A stretch of DNA of 64,000 nucleotides from Octopus sinensis (GCF_006345805.1 NC_043008.1:62930001-62994000); one strand, 5' to 3'. Positions 25,792 to 38,975 are shown, numbered from the stretch's first letter. A program made the numbers and translations. Notes: generated by a model not told the origin, from the letters alone.

Positions 25792-26222
25792 CATCATCAA
25801 TCTTTGATGTCCATTTTTCATGCTGGCATGAGTTGGATGATGGAGCTGGCAAGCTAGAGAGCTGCATCAGGGCCCTGACTCATTTGGCATGGTTTCTATG
25901 GCTGGATGCCATTCCTAAAGCCAAACACTTTATAGTGTGTGCTGGTTGCTTTCAACATGGCACTGTATGAGCCCTTGTACGTGACACCAGCACAAGAATT
26001 CTGCAGGTCAATTCTCCTCATCGATGGTGGGGGGGCTTAGCACTTCTATGGCAGGATGGGCCTTCTTGAGTATGGCAAGGTGCCAGGTGTCTTGGTCCTT
26101 CCTCATCTCATCTGAAAGGTTCATCATTGTGAGGTTGTCCTTCGGTATTTCTTCCCCTCTCTTCCTGAGTCTCCCTCTTCCATGTGTTCCATCCACTTTG
26201 AGAGATTGGCAATTCTTTACAG
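25792..26222 (-). mobile_element. Old RTE 3' end (ORF terminus + UTR)
   Basis: DGTHGRGRLRK...DNLTMMNLSDEMRKDQDTWHLAI aligns with EGTCGRGRPRKTW...HDLRTLGLTKEMSRDRDLWKYAV. Confidence 0.7.
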
Positions 26223-26223
26223 T

Positions 26224-26510
26224 GGAGTCACATGGCCTAGTGGTTAGAGCAGCAAGCTTGTGGTCGAGGGATTGTGGGTTCGATTCTCAGAGCGAGCAAT
26301 ATGTGTGTTTATGAGCGAAACACCTAAGGCCCTTATGGCTCCAGCAGAGGGTAATGGCAACCTTCTGCTGACACCTTTGCCACAACTTTCTCTCACTCTT
26401 TCCTGCAGCTCACCTGCAACGGACCGGCATCCAGTCCATGTGGTTAACCTATACGCCAAGTAAACTGGGATACTGGCCCTTATGAGCCAGGTGTGGCTCG
26501 AGAAGGAACA
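26224..26510 (+). mobile_element. tRNA-derived SINE family 3 variant
   Basis: ggagtcacatggcctagtggttagagcagcaagc...gggttcgattctc head; body shared with the 12308 copy. Confidence 0.8.
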
Positions 26511-27294
26511 ATTCTTTATGGAGCTTTTGGTATCCATCTATTTCATGTGCAACTACAATAAAAATACCACCTAGTACGTAAAATTGATTTCATTAGTTGC
26601 TACATTCTGCATCAGTGAAACAATTTATAAAAGTAAACATGGTGATAACAGCAATGACATAAGTAGGAAGGCTTAGTGTTCAAGCAGTGCAATCTATGAC
26701 GATTCCATCTTCCAAACTGCCAAACAATGTTTTTCTTTGATATCTTAATTGTTTAAAATATCCTGGCTTCATTGCATTCTTAATTGTATTTTCTCAGTGT
26801 TTATCTTCTAGTCAATGTGTCTAGGAATTTGCCACATATCCATTATGTATTTCATTGTTGATATAATGGTTTCTTGGTATATAACATGATCTATTTATTC
26901 ATTGTACTTCAAGGTAGTTCATATCATATAAGCATCTCTTCCATATTGACAAGAAGGACCCGATTTCTTCTCACTCATTACATAGTTATCAATTCTTTTA
27001 AGAAGAAAAGAGAACGGTAATTCTTTTGTCCATTATAACGAAAGACATAAACAGTTATAAAATAGATGTATTGATATGACTATTAATATTATAACAGCAT
27101 GAGTGGAATTCTGCAGTCTGCACATCCGCAAAAATGCAATCGAGACTTTTAAGAAGAAAGACTTTCACATGATTTTCATTCTTCGTTTGTTTTAAATTAT
27201 ATCCGTTGTTTATATTTCTTGTAGCATGATAAATGTTTCACTCAGGTATATATGTTTTGTCTTTCTGAATGTATTTTTTATATACATACATACA

Positions 27295-27357
<63 letters not shown>

Positions 27358-27629
27358 GAGTGTATTTTACCTTGTTAACAATTAACACGGAAAAATAAAT
27401 AAATAGTTACCAGTTATATACACACACACACATATATGTATATCTACATACAACCACCCTCACATGTGCATGCGCACACACACACAGAGTCACTATGAGG
27501 ATATTTAGACCTCTTATAGGGATACTTTTCTCCAAGATACACTGGTTTGATATATTGTATTTTGAAGAGATATTTCTTCAATGAATATATTGTATAAAAT
27601 ATCATAAAATATCAAATATTATAATTAAG

Positions 27630-27697
27630 TTTGAAAATGGAGAGATCTAATGGATACAAATTAATTCTTGTATCTATTAGATCTCTCCATTTTCAAA
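27630..27697. repeat. 68-bp near-perfect hairpin (30-bp stem)
   Basis: tttgaaaatggagagatctaatggatacaa-attaattc-ttgtatctattagatctctccattttcaaa, with one G/T mismatch. Confidence 0.9.
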
Positions 27698-27729
27698 TCT
27701 AATAATTATATATATATATATATATATAT

Positions 27730-27880
27730 AGTTTGAATTTACAAGAAAACAATACAAAAGACGAAGATGAGTGTGTAAACGACAAACAGATGTATTAGTT
27801 TAATGCTCGAGAAGTGAAAAAGTCTTTTACATTTCCAGCGTATGCTCTTCAACAGAAAGGAACATAGAAATAAGCAAAAA
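27730..27880 (-). mobile_element. Penelope-like terminal-repeat fragment with degenerate hammerhead (27824-27859)
   Basis: CTTT-CTGTTGA-agagcatacgctg-GAAAT-GTA-AAAG. Same family as the 30075 and 38780 fragments; flanked by (TA)n. Confidence 0.6.
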
Positions 27881-27895
27881 AATTATATATATATA

Positions 27896-27953
<58 letters not shown>

Positions 27954-28944
27954 GGTAGTGTAAAATACCAGCTGATTCCTCTTGAAACATATCTGCTTAT
28001 TCCAAAATTACAATCAAGTATGTAACTATTGTCGCATTGTATATGCAAAGTACATATTAAAACTGAAAATTCCGGAAACATTGTTTGTAGAGAGTTGTAT
28101 TACAAAACAGGAATTTGGAAAAGATCTTGGTATAATTTATTCACTATTACTTATGTTTCATTTGCTAATAGGAATTATAAAGATTTACATGTTAGATAAA
28201 AAAGTGAGAGAATTTTTTTGTAGAGTATCAATATTTGTTAGTGGATGAAGAAAAAAAAAAAGAAATACCTCGATGATCAGGAAGAGATTATAAGGCGCTG
28301 GTTAGTTAAGATCAGTTGTATAGAAAGATTTAGTAAAGATTAAATATATAATTTTTGGAAAGACCCAGAATACACAACTTCAGTTGATGAGTTAATTAAA
28401 TATAATAATGAAAATGGTGCATGGCACAAAATTATAATCAGACATTCTGAAAATGATTTAATAAAGAATTTATATTTTGTTATTCCACATGGTTTTCTTA
28501 TGCATATTTATTCTGCCTATGCAGTTGTTTATATGAATGTGATTCTCTAGATCTTTATGTATCTATTTCTCTGACATCTGTCCATGTCCATACATTCTGC
28601 TCTTTTCTGTCAGGAAATACAATCTTAGCAAAGAAAACAACCAATCAACTTTTTGCTCGTGTGTTTCATATTTTTTATTTACCTTATCCTCTACAAGGAT
28701 GCCATACAAAACATGATGGCAAAGACAGGAGATAGTGTCATAAATCTTTGACAAGATCTTGGTATATGATTCACTCAACACTTTCAACACAAAATAATTT
28801 ATCTTCGTTTTAATGACTCCTGTACGTATATCTTAATATATATATTCATACACACATACACATATACATACATACATATATATATACACATACATGCATA
28901 CATACACACACACGTACACTCACACACACACACATATATATATC

Positions 28945-29160
28945 AGGTGAGCTGGCAGAATTGTTACTGTGCTGGGGAAAAGTGGTTAGCAGCATTTCTT
29001 TCGACTTTATATTGTGAGTTCAATTCCCATTGGGATAGACTTTGCCTTTCGTTCCTTTGGGATCAATGAAATAAAAACAAAGTGAACAGTGGAAAGGGAA
29101 GAGCAATGAAATTGACTCTTTCCCGCCCACAAAATTCCTGACCTTGTGCCAAAATTTGAA
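28945..29160 (+). mobile_element. SINE family 2, alternative-tail form
   Basis: ggtgagctggcagaattgttac head, central ttgcctttcgttcctttggg, tail ...ccttgtgccaaaatttgaa. Confidence 0.7.
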
Positions 29161-29204
29161 ATCAGTGTATGTATGTATGTATGTATATATATATATATAT
29201 ATTT

Positions 29205-29410
29205 CTTCTATTTCTTATACTTGTTTCAGCCATGCTGGAGCACCACCTTTAGTCAAGCAAATCAACCCCAGGACTTATTCTTTGTAAGCCTAGTACTTAT
29301 TCTATCAATCATTGGTCTCTTTTGCCGAACCGCTAAGTTACAGGGATGCAAGCAGACCAGCATCAGCTGTCGAGCGATGCTGGGGACAACACAGACACAC
29401 ACTCACTCAC

Positions 29411-29441
<31 letters not shown>

Positions 29442-29595
29442 CACATAAGATGGGCCTCTTTCAGTTTCCATCACAAGGCCTTGGCCGGCCCGAGGCTATA
29501 GTAGAAGACACTTGTCTAAGGTGTCACCCAGTCGGACTGAACCCGGAACCATGTGGTTGGTAAGCAAGCTACTTACCAGACAGCCACCCCTGTGC

Positions 29596-29598
<3 letters not shown>
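29205..29598 (-). mobile_element. SINE family 1 (near full length)
   Basis: Reverse complement of the family 1 head, body and tail. Confidence 0.85.
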
Positions 29599-29632
<34 letters not shown>

Positions 29633-29636
<4 letters not shown>

Positions 29637-29810
29637 ATCCAAACAAGAAAACACAGAAAAAAAACACAGTAACGCGAGGACGTGGAACAATTAAAGTATT
29701 ATTTGACGCTCAGGAAAGAAGGGAAGGAGGGTTTAACGTTTCGAGCGGAGCTCTTCATCGGAAACAAAGGAGAAGGAAAGATCCCGAGAAGGGAAGACAG
29801 AGGAAAAAAA
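29633..29810 (-). mobile_element. Penelope-like terminal-repeat fragment
   Basis: Carries a minimal hammerhead variant at 29731-29765 and abuts (TA)n. Confidence 0.65.
29731..29765 (-). ncRNA. 35-nt minimal hammerhead variant (U4C core, GUU triplet)
   Basis: GTTT-CCGATGA-A-GAGC-TCC-GCTC-GAAA-C-GTT-AAAC, with palindromic helix III AACGTT and a 4-bp helix I. Confidence 0.6.
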
Positions 29811-30074
29811 TATTTTTGCTGGTGGTGCTCATGAGGTGGGTAATCTTGCAGGATCCCTAACATGCCAGGCAAAATGCATGGCAGCATTTTATTTGAGTTG
29901 AAATTAACTCTTGGTTAACTTTTCTGCCTTTCATCATATCATGGTCAAGAAAATAAGTACCAGTTGAACACTGAGTTCAATGTAATCAACTTAACTCCTC
30001 ACTGAAATTACAGACTTTGTGGGTAAATCAATTACATTGACCTCAATGATCTTTGTTTTCCACTTCATTTTTTT

Positions 30075-30240
30075 TTCCCCTCCATCTGTTTTCTCTCCTC
30101 GTTCCCTTCTGTAGAAGAGCATCAGCTCGAAACATCAAAGACTTTTCCATATTTTTCTGAGCACCAAACTAATGCACTTTGTTTGTTGTTCTCTCACCCC
30201 TCTCTGTCTTTTGTTTTTTTTAATTTTTTGTACAAGTTTG
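30075..30240 (+). mobile_element. Penelope-like terminal-repeat fragment with degenerate hammerhead (30105-30140)
   Basis: CCTT-CTGTAGA-agagcatcagctc-GAAAC-ATC-AAAG; same family as the 27730 fragment. Confidence 0.55.
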
Positions 30241-30721
30241 CACCGTGTGTGTATGTGTGTAAGTGTGTGTGTCTCTGTGTCTCTGTGTCTGTGTGTAGAC
30301 ATATATACATGCATACATGTCTAAACACTGAGAGTATATGTATCTATTTATTTATCTGACTATCTATCTATTTTTGTATCTACGTAATCATATCACTGTA
30401 TATGTATGTATATGCACAATTGTGTGTGTTTGTGTGTGATTGTGTGTGTGTTTGTGTGTGTTTTGTGTGTGTGAGTGAGAATGCACAACTCTATACTCAG
30501 CAAAATATTAATGTTTCTTTGAAATATATTGATGTCAACACGTCATAATTTCCCTTGATATTTACTACATATAAATTTGCATCATTTTCATATCACTTAT
30601 ATTTTTTTTCCATCCTTTATCTAAAATTGTCACAAAACTAATTCTTCAAAAATTCTCTCATATGACATTTTTATCAAATACACACACACATAGACACACA
30701 TACACATATATACTCAGAATG

Positions 30722-32600
30722 GTATAGGTGTCTTGCAAAATGGTATAGCTACAATAATCTCTGCCTACGCACCACAAGTGTGGCCACCAATGAAAAGCTG
30801 GATCACTTTTATGATATTCTTCTGCAGGCTGCCTCAAAGACGATTGGCAATGATCTCATCTTTGTGGCTGGTGATTTTAATGGGCATGTTAGACAACATC
30901 CTGGTATTTTCCATGGTGTACATGAGGGCCATGGAGTTGGTACCAGAAATAAAGTGGGAACTATGCTCCTGGAGTTCTGTGATGCAAATAACTTATTGAT
31001 CTGCAACACCAACTTCAGGAAGCCAGCTATCCACCTGATAACCTATGAATCAGATGACTCTGCTAGCCAGATTGATTTCATTCTCACCATACTGTGGGAT
31101 GCATGGTTGCTCTTAAATACAAAGACCTTCCCTGGTGAAGAATGTACTCCACAGCATAGACTAGTTATTAGTGACTTTAAACTCGAGGCCATAAGGAGGC
31201 CAAAAAGCAGACTAGTCTGGAAAAGAGGGACTTGGAAGCTTAAGAACCCATCACATGATCAGAGATTTAGGGATATCCTTACTGAGAAATTTGATGATAG
31301 GGAGGAGGAGCTACAGTCCTGTGACATAGAAGGCAGCTGGGAATTCCTGTGAGACAGCTTGCTGAGTGCCACAGATAAAATCAGTGGCTGGTGCAAAGTT
31401 AGACCTAGGGTAACATGGTGGTGGAACAATAAGGTAAACCGGGCCATTAGAGCAAAGAAACAGGCTTGAAAGGCCTGTAAGAGTGAAGGTAGCAGGAAAA
31501 TGTATCAGATAGCCAAAAGGGAAGCTAGGAGACAGGTATATATAGCCAAGGGAGTAAAAGAAAAGAAGTTTGCCAATGTTCAGCAACATGAACGCTAAAG
31601 AACTGAAGTATTTGAGATTGCATGACAGTTTGTGAGAGAAAACTGTGATATCATAGGAGAGAAATATGTCCACATGGATGATGGTGACCTTGTGTTTAAG
31701 GATTCTGCAAAGAAAGAGGATTGCAGATGCCATTATGAAAGACTGCTGAATGTGGAGAATGAATGGGAAGAGGAGTATCTACCAAAGGTTGACCCCAATT
31801 GAGGGACCAGCTCCCTGAATCGATAGTACCCTGGTAGATAAAGCAATTAAGGATATGAAAACAAGGAAAGCACCAGGAATCACCACTGAGATGCATAAAG
31901 TATTTGGTGGTGTGGGTTATGGTCTTGTCACCTGCATCATAAATCAGGTAGATCACGAAGGAGTCATACCCAATGACTGGTGTAGCAGCACCATAGTCAA
32001 CTGCTACAAAGCTTAAGATGATACTTTAGATAGAAATAACTACAGGAGTATCAAATTATTGGATCAGGTGATGAAAGTTACAGAGAGGATCATAGCCCAA
32101 CTAATTAGGGAGAGAGTTAGCCAAGATGAGATGCAGTTTGGTTTTGTGCCAGGCAGAAGCACCACTGATGCTATATTTCTTGTAAGGCAACTGCAGGAGA
32201 AATATCTGGCCAATGATAAACCTCAGTACTTGGCTTTTGTTGACTTGGAGAAAGCCTTTGACAGGGTCCTCCAATCTCTCATCTCGTGATCAATTTGGAA
32301 ACTGGGGATAGACAAGTGGTTGGCAAGAGCTGTAAAAGCCCTGTACGGGAATGCTGTCAGTAAGGTGAGGGTTGGCAATGAGTATAGGGAAGAATTTCGA
32401 ATAGAAGTAGGGGTTCACCAAGAATCAGTCCTCAGCCCCCTCTTATTCATTATAGTGCTCCAGGGAAGCACCTCTATGCTGATGACTTTGCTCTAATCGT
32501 GGAGTCACTGCCAGAACTAGAAACAAAGGTTCAGGTGTGGAAGCAAAGTCTAGAATCGAAGAGCCTTAAGATTGACCTAGCCAAAACCAAAATCTTAGTA
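30722..32600 (+). mobile_element. Degraded RTE LINE: APE endonuclease + RT fragments
   Basis: IISAYAPQ, LIFVAGDFNGHV, GTRNKVGTMLLEFCDANNLLICNTNF, SQIDFIL and TPQHRLVISDF (APE domain), then LDQVMKVTERIIAQLIRERVSQDEMQFGFVPGRSTTDAIFLVRQLQEKY (RT). Many stops and frameshifts. Confidence 0.9.
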
Positions 32601-33649
32601 AGTAGGAAGGAAGTCTGTCAAATCACAAACTCATTGTGATTCACCTTCTCTATCGTAACATTATGTATTTGTATGCATGTGTATATTTGTTATATACAAC
32701 TGCAAGTGTGTTTGTACCTCCTTGTCTTTATGTTGTAGCATAGTTGTTAATGAGCAGAGGACAGGTGACTTTAGTCTGTGACAAAGATATACCTTCCTTT
32801 TGAATTACAGCTGCAATCAACTCATTAGTCTTCGGTATAATTTCTAGTATACATTCTTCACTCACACAGTATGGGTTGACCTGAGGTTAGAATAAATGAC
32901 GTTTGCCCCAGACACCATACAGTGATATTTTTTCAAATCTAGACCTTGTAATTTCATAGCAAAACTTCTTAAATCATTCAACAATGCTGTACTTCCCTTC
33001 AGATAAAATATTACCATTAGAAAGACGCAAACTTGCTAACCTCTCAGCTTGAAGTCTGCCACATCAACTACTTAAACAGCTTCGTTCTAAAATTTATCGT
33101 TAGTCATATATTTTATTGCAATATTTCAGTGGTTTCCAGCAAGTCATATCCAACATTCCAACATAACATTTGTTTATGAGACCATTATAACTAACACCAC
33201 TTCTAGTGGGATAAAGTTTTAAGAAATTCTCATGAATTATAAGCAAAATATAACAGCATTTTCTTAAATAAATCCAGAAACCATCTACAGACCAAGTATG
33301 GTTAGTTATGCTACAATAAGAGCCACTTTAATAAATGTTAAATGAACATAAATTACTGCCTTTCTGCTGTTTCATTTATCACAATACTTTCCTGTTGTAT
33401 CTCTTATATTTCAGTTAAACTAAATATGTGGAACAGCATCAAGCAGTACATTCATGCGGTGTTATTGTAGATTGGGTTTAGAGAGAAAATGATTTCAGTG
33501 TTAACATCCTATCATTCATTGCATTACTTTTAATTGAATTGTCATCAATTGTTAAATTTCTGCAGTTAACGACCTCTGACATCTCTCGGTTTCTCTCCTA
33601 TTGGGTAACCAGTGAGAAAATAAAAGTAGAGATATCAAGCTGTCTTTCT

Positions 33650-33680
33650 ACCTCTCTATCTATGTATGTATGTATGTATG

Positions 33681-33764
<84 letters not shown>

Positions 33765-33820
33765 GAGCTAGCTAGCTAGTATGTATGTATGTATGTATGT
33801 ATGTATCTATCTATCTATCT
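33650..33820. repeat. (GTAT)n/(CTAT)n microsatellite
   Basis: Read directly. Confidence 0.95.
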
Positions 33821-33926
33821 ATAATAATAAATGGTAAAATTAATTAATCAATTTATAATTAATAATCTTACCAAGTAGTTTGGTATGTTAAATGAACCAT
33901 TATCAGTAAAGTTATACAAAAATTCA

Positions 33927-34315
33927 TGAAGTATATTTGCCACTTAAATGTGGCTAACCCATAAGGGTGGATGCTACTGTAGCTTGTAGCCACAGGAGGA
34001 CACCTCCTCCAGCTGGCTATTGACATAATTTCTGTGCCCTATCAGTATTTGCAAAGGGAAGCCATATTTCCTGTCTTCAACCTATGATACACAAGGACTC
34101 AAGTTTCTGGGTATTGACCCGTCATCAGCATGTGACAATCACTGGTTGTTGATGAAAAGTAGGTTCTCTTTGCAAATATATATCCTTTTTCCAGAGACGA
34201 AAAGGCACAGAAAGTGTGTCAACAGCCAGCTGGAGGAGGTGTCTTCCTGTGGCTACAAGCTACAGTAGCATCCACCCTTAGGGGTTAGCCATATCTAAGT
34301 GGAAAATGTACTTCA
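33927..34315. mobile_element. Fold-back element with ~110-bp inverted arms and a hammerhead motif in the spacer
   Basis: gtggctaacccataagggtggatgctactgtagcttgtagccacaggaggacacctcctccagctggct pairs with agccagctggaggaggtgtcttcctgtggctacaagctacagtagcatccacccttaggggttagccat. Confidence 0.8.
34090..34134 (-). ncRNA. Type-I hammerhead ribozyme motif, canonical core, GUC triplet
   Basis: CACATG-CTGATGA-CGGGT-CAAT-ACCCA-GAAAC-TTGA-GTC-CTTGTG: helix I 5/6 bp, helix II 4 bp with a C.A closing mismatch. Confidence 0.7.
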
Positions 34316-34427
34316 CATTGTCGTGCAGCTACTGTTTATACCTCGATGAGAGATTTATTATTGCTTGTTTACACTTTTTCGATATCAGTGACTTTTCATC
34401 ACTGGAAAAATGATATATATTAAGTAC

Positions 34428-34775
34428 GAGGGCAGTGAACTGGCAGAATCGTTTGCACACCCGGCGAAATGCTTAGCGGTATTTCGTCCGCCACTGCGTT
34501 CTGAGTTCAAACTCCACCAAGGTCAACTTTGCCTTCATCCTTTCGGGGTCGATAAATTAAGCACCAGTTATGCACTGGGGTCGATGTAATCAACTTAATC
34601 CGTTCGTCTGTCCTTGTTTGTCCCCTCTGTGTTTAGCCCCTTGTGGGTAGTAAAGAAATAGGTATTTCATCTGCTGTTACATTCTGACCTCAGATTTCAC
34701 TGAGGTCAACTTTGTTTTCATCTTTACAGAGTCAATTAAATAAGTATTTCAGGCCTTGTGCCTATAATAGAAAGG
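34428..34775 (+). mobile_element. SINE family 2, dimeric form
   Basis: Head, central domain and tail, then the junction gggtagtaaagaaataggtatttc into a second partial unit. Confidence 0.8.
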
Positions 34776-36049
34776 ATTATTAGAATAATGAATTATCTAG
34801 TTAAAAAATGCAGCATCTTTTCATTATCATTTTTTTTTTTTGCAGTAGATACTCAACAATAACAGCTGAGACTAAACAACTAATTGCAAACATTGGCCTT
34901 TAACTGTAACAAGTTTTACTGTATTTTATTCAGACTTAGAGGCACATTACCATCAGAGAAATGAATTGTAAGGAATATGGAGATACAGTAAACTAGTTGC
35001 ATGTAACAACCAACCTTTCTCCCATTTAATTTACCGTAACAGTTATTCCTTTGTATTTACTAAGTATATACTTTTTTTTTATGTAACTATATTTTAAAAT
35101 ATATACTTACTACTGATGTGGTATAATGACAAAATTCAATGGTCATTTAATGTAGAATTAATGCTTAGTATCGAACATTTTATGGTTAGGAATTTGTCTG
35201 TTCCATATTTCACAAACAAGAATGTATTATAATATTATTAACTCTTCACTTCATTGTTTAATTATTTTTTTAAAAATTACATTTCCTTTCAATAGTTACT
35301 AAATTATGTTCTGTTCATTTTGACTGTTTCATTTATCATTATCAATACGATTTTTCTGTTTTTTTTTTGTTCAATGTCTTTTCACCATACTCATCAGCTG
35401 TCTAGTTGTAATTGCTTTTATTATCTTTATATTTCTATATTGCTGTGAAACAAAGGATGGTAGTACTATTACTAAGATGTGAAAGAGAAAAATTTTAGAA
35501 AAATATAAATGTGTGTTCAAGACGCATTAATGATGTCAACAGAAGTCATAATTTCCAATAGTATTTCGCATCATCATCATCACCATTGTCATTTTTATCA
35601 TCATCATCATCTTCATCATCATCGTCGTCATCGTCGTCATCATCATTGTCAATATTTTAGCATCATATTTTTTTTGCTTGCATGGGTCACATGGAATTTG
35701 AAGAAACAGATGTTCTGTAGCATAATGTCCACCCTGTTGTCTACCCTCCTTTGTTTCCAAGCCAAAAATTTCCCTAAGTATGGAAATTTAAGTGTGTGTA
35801 ATTGCTACATTGGTTTTTTATTGGGATTCGTGTGGGTACAGCCATGGCTGTGTGGTAAGAAACACCACCACCACTACCACTTTTCATCTGCTGTTGATGT
35901 GTTTACATCCCTGTAACTTAGTGGTTTGTTAAAAATGACTGATAGAATAAGTACCTGGCTGAAAAAAATAGGTACAAAAGTTGATAAGCACAAGGCAGTG
36001 CCCCAGCAGGGCTGTAGTCTAATGACTGAAATAATTTAAAAACAAAACA

Positions 36050-36470
36050 CACATACATACACACTCACTTGCTCAAACACACACATACGTTCACTCATAC
36101 ACACTTGCTTGCTCAAACACACACATACACTCACTCACACACACTCGCTTGCTCAAATGCATACATACACTCACTCACACACACTCACTTGTTCAAACAC
36201 ACACATACACTCATGCACACTCACTTGTTCAAACACACACATACACTCACACACTCACTTGTTCAAACACACACATAAATTCACTCATACATACTCACTT
36301 GCTCAAACACACACATACACTCACTCACGCACACTCACTTGCTCAAACACACACATACACTCATTCACGCACACTCACTTGCTCAAACACACACATAAAT
36401 TCACTCATACACACTCACTTGCTCAAACACACACACTCACTCACACACACTCACATACACACTCATACAT
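36050..36470 (+). repeat. ~30-bp minisatellite (cacactcacttgctcaaacacacacatacact) x~12
   Basis: Read directly. Confidence 0.9.
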
Positions 36471-37044
36471 GACAAGCTTCTTTCAGTTGTCATCTCCCAA
36501 GTTCACTCACAAAGATTTGCACAGCCCTGGGACATAACAAACAACTACTTGCACAAAATACCATGTCATGAGACTGAACATAAACTACATGAGCAGGAGA
36601 CTAATTTTTAAATCACAGAGACATAAATATTTACACAGATATTTCCATCATTTTGACAGAATTTCAAATTCTTCTTAAATTATTTCTTTATGAAACATAT
36701 CTTTAAAAATCTTTTTCATGAGTTATATAGAGTACATAATAGTACAATTATCAATAAGTACATAATAGTACTATTATCGATAAATATTGTTATCTTTCAA
36801 CATCAGGTTTAAGTCATATATTTCTCACATTTCAAAAGCAATGTCTCTCATAGAATTTTTTTAAATAAAAAAGATATTTAACTAAATATATTGGATTGGA
36901 ATTTTATTGTAAAATTTTTTTACCTTGAAATGCAATTAACCCTTTTAGTAACATATCTCTATTAAAACATACATCCTTTATTTCAATTAGCTTTTAATAT
37001 ACTTAAGAATTTTAAAATCTTTGGTGTTGTTAAACTGATGTTTT

Positions 37045-37262
37045 AACGTGGTTAGCAGACAGAATTGATAGCACACAATTGCAAAATGTTTAGCAGCATT
37101 TCATCAATCTTTACATTCTGAGTTCAAATTCTGCCAAGGTTGATTTTGCCTTTCATCCTTTCAGGGGTGATAAAATAAGTATCAGTTGAACACTGGGGTT
37201 GATGTTATTGACTTATCCACTCCACCGAAATTGCTGGCCTTGTGCCAAAATTTTAAACCAGT
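37045..37262 (+). mobile_element. SINE family 2, alternative-tail form
   Basis: ttctgagttcaaattctgcc...ttgcctttcatcctttcaggggtgataaaataagt...ctggccttgtgccaaaattttaaa. Confidence 0.75.
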
Positions 37263-38344
37263 ATAACAATTAGTGAACAATAATACCATTCTTTGAATGT
37301 TTTGAATGTGCCAGTCATTGATTCACTCTGCTGAATGCAATTACAATGTCAAAGGTAGATCTGAAGTTGGTGCCACAGACTTTATTCTTACAAAAGACCT
37401 CATTTGCAAACCTCTGGGTTTTTTTTTCCATCAAGATACATTGCTGAAAGATTCACACACACACATATGGTATCTGGTACGGTTTCTGTTTATCCACCCT
37501 TACTCAGCTTTGTGCCCTGAGGTATAGCACCGTGTATATGCAACAAAGTTACAAAGAGAACATGTTCACCGCAGAACCTTGCCTGCATGCTGTACATTAT
37601 TTCATCTACCTCAGATTAAATGAAAGTCAAAATTGACCTCATCAAGATTCGAAAAAAACCTACTTAGACACACTGAAATGCTTCAAGGCATTTCTTTCAG
37701 GACACTAATGGTTCTGCCAATTACTGGATAAAATCTATATTGAAACAGCCAGACAGAAGAGAGACCTTCATTAAAAACTGTCATGTCTTTATTTAAAATC
37801 ATTTAATTAAAACATATGAAGGATGCTGACCTTTAACATGTGAATTTAAATCAGAGTATACACCTTAGATATTAATAATACATCGATGTGGACAGTTTGA
37901 TTACAATAAGGATTTTTAATTTACTTTTTTGTAGCAGTTTTTGGGAGCAAATCAAGTTTGGTATATTGGTGTAGATGCTTGAAAAACCGAGATTGATCAT
38001 TATTGGTTTTTTTCTTTGTATCTTTTTTCTTTAATAGCGTATGGAGAATTGGCCAAATAACATAAAAGAGAAGTGTGATCATTTGCAAAGGTATAGATTT
38101 TCTATTGGCTTGCTATGAAGAATTTTAGCTGAAAGCTAATAGCTTCAGGATGGCATAGCTTTTTGATTCTAGGCTTGTTGAGTTTGGACATATCGGTCAT
38201 AAAAAAGGATATTGAATCAATTACCAGCTGATAGAATAAAGTATTAGCTGTTTGTGTGAGACTCAGTTCTTTGTAGTAGAGATTGCTTTCCTTGAAGTTT
38301 CTACGATTTATTGGTGAAACTGCAATCAGCATAATTTTTTAATC

Positions 38345-38666
38345 CAGGTGCACCCATTGTTGTGTGATTAAGAAGAATGCTTCTCAGCCATAAGCTGCAT
38401 GATTTGGGGCTCAGACACACTGTATGGCATCTTGAGCAAGTGCCTCTTAATATAACCCCTGGCTAATCAAACACTTGTGAGAGGATTTGATTGATTAAAA
38501 CTGAGAGAAGCATGGCTGAGTGGTAAGAAGCTTGCTTCCCAACCACATAGTTCGGAGTTCAGACCCACTGCATGGCAACTTGGGTATATATCTACTACTA
38601 TAGTCTCAGGTCAACCAAAGCATTGTGAATGGATTTGGTAGAGGGAAACTGAAAGAAACCCGTTGT

Positions 38667-38670
<4 letters not shown>
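38345..38670 (+). mobile_element. Two tandem SINE family 1 5' halves
   Basis: Two successive heads, ggtgcacccattgttgtgtgattaagaag and ggctgagtggtaagaagcttgcttccc. Confidence 0.7.
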
Positions 38671-38729
<59 letters not shown>

Positions 38730-38730
38730 A

Positions 38731-38777
<47 letters not shown>

Positions 38778-38779
38778 TA

Positions 38780-38917
38780 CATATTCTCTCTTTTATTCTC
38801 TCTGTTTATTTTCTTCACGTTCCTTTCTGTTGAAGAGCATAGGCTGAAAGATTTTTTCGCCTTCCCGAGTGTTAAACTAATACACTTGTCTTCGTCTTTT
38901 GTTTTTCAGTAAATTTC

Positions 38918-38920
<3 letters not shown>
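38780..38920 (+). mobile_element. Penelope-like terminal-repeat fragment (hammerhead with internal deletion)
   Basis: ctttctgttgaagagcataggct-gaaagattttttc...gagtgttaaactaatacac; same family as the 27730 fragment; between (TA)n runs. Confidence 0.55.

Positions 38921-38975
<55 letters not shown>

Noticed and set aside
36050-36470. Regularly spaced ~30-bp repeats superficially like a CRISPR array
   Set aside because: The units are contiguous with no unique spacers, in a eukaryotic context; it is a minisatellite.
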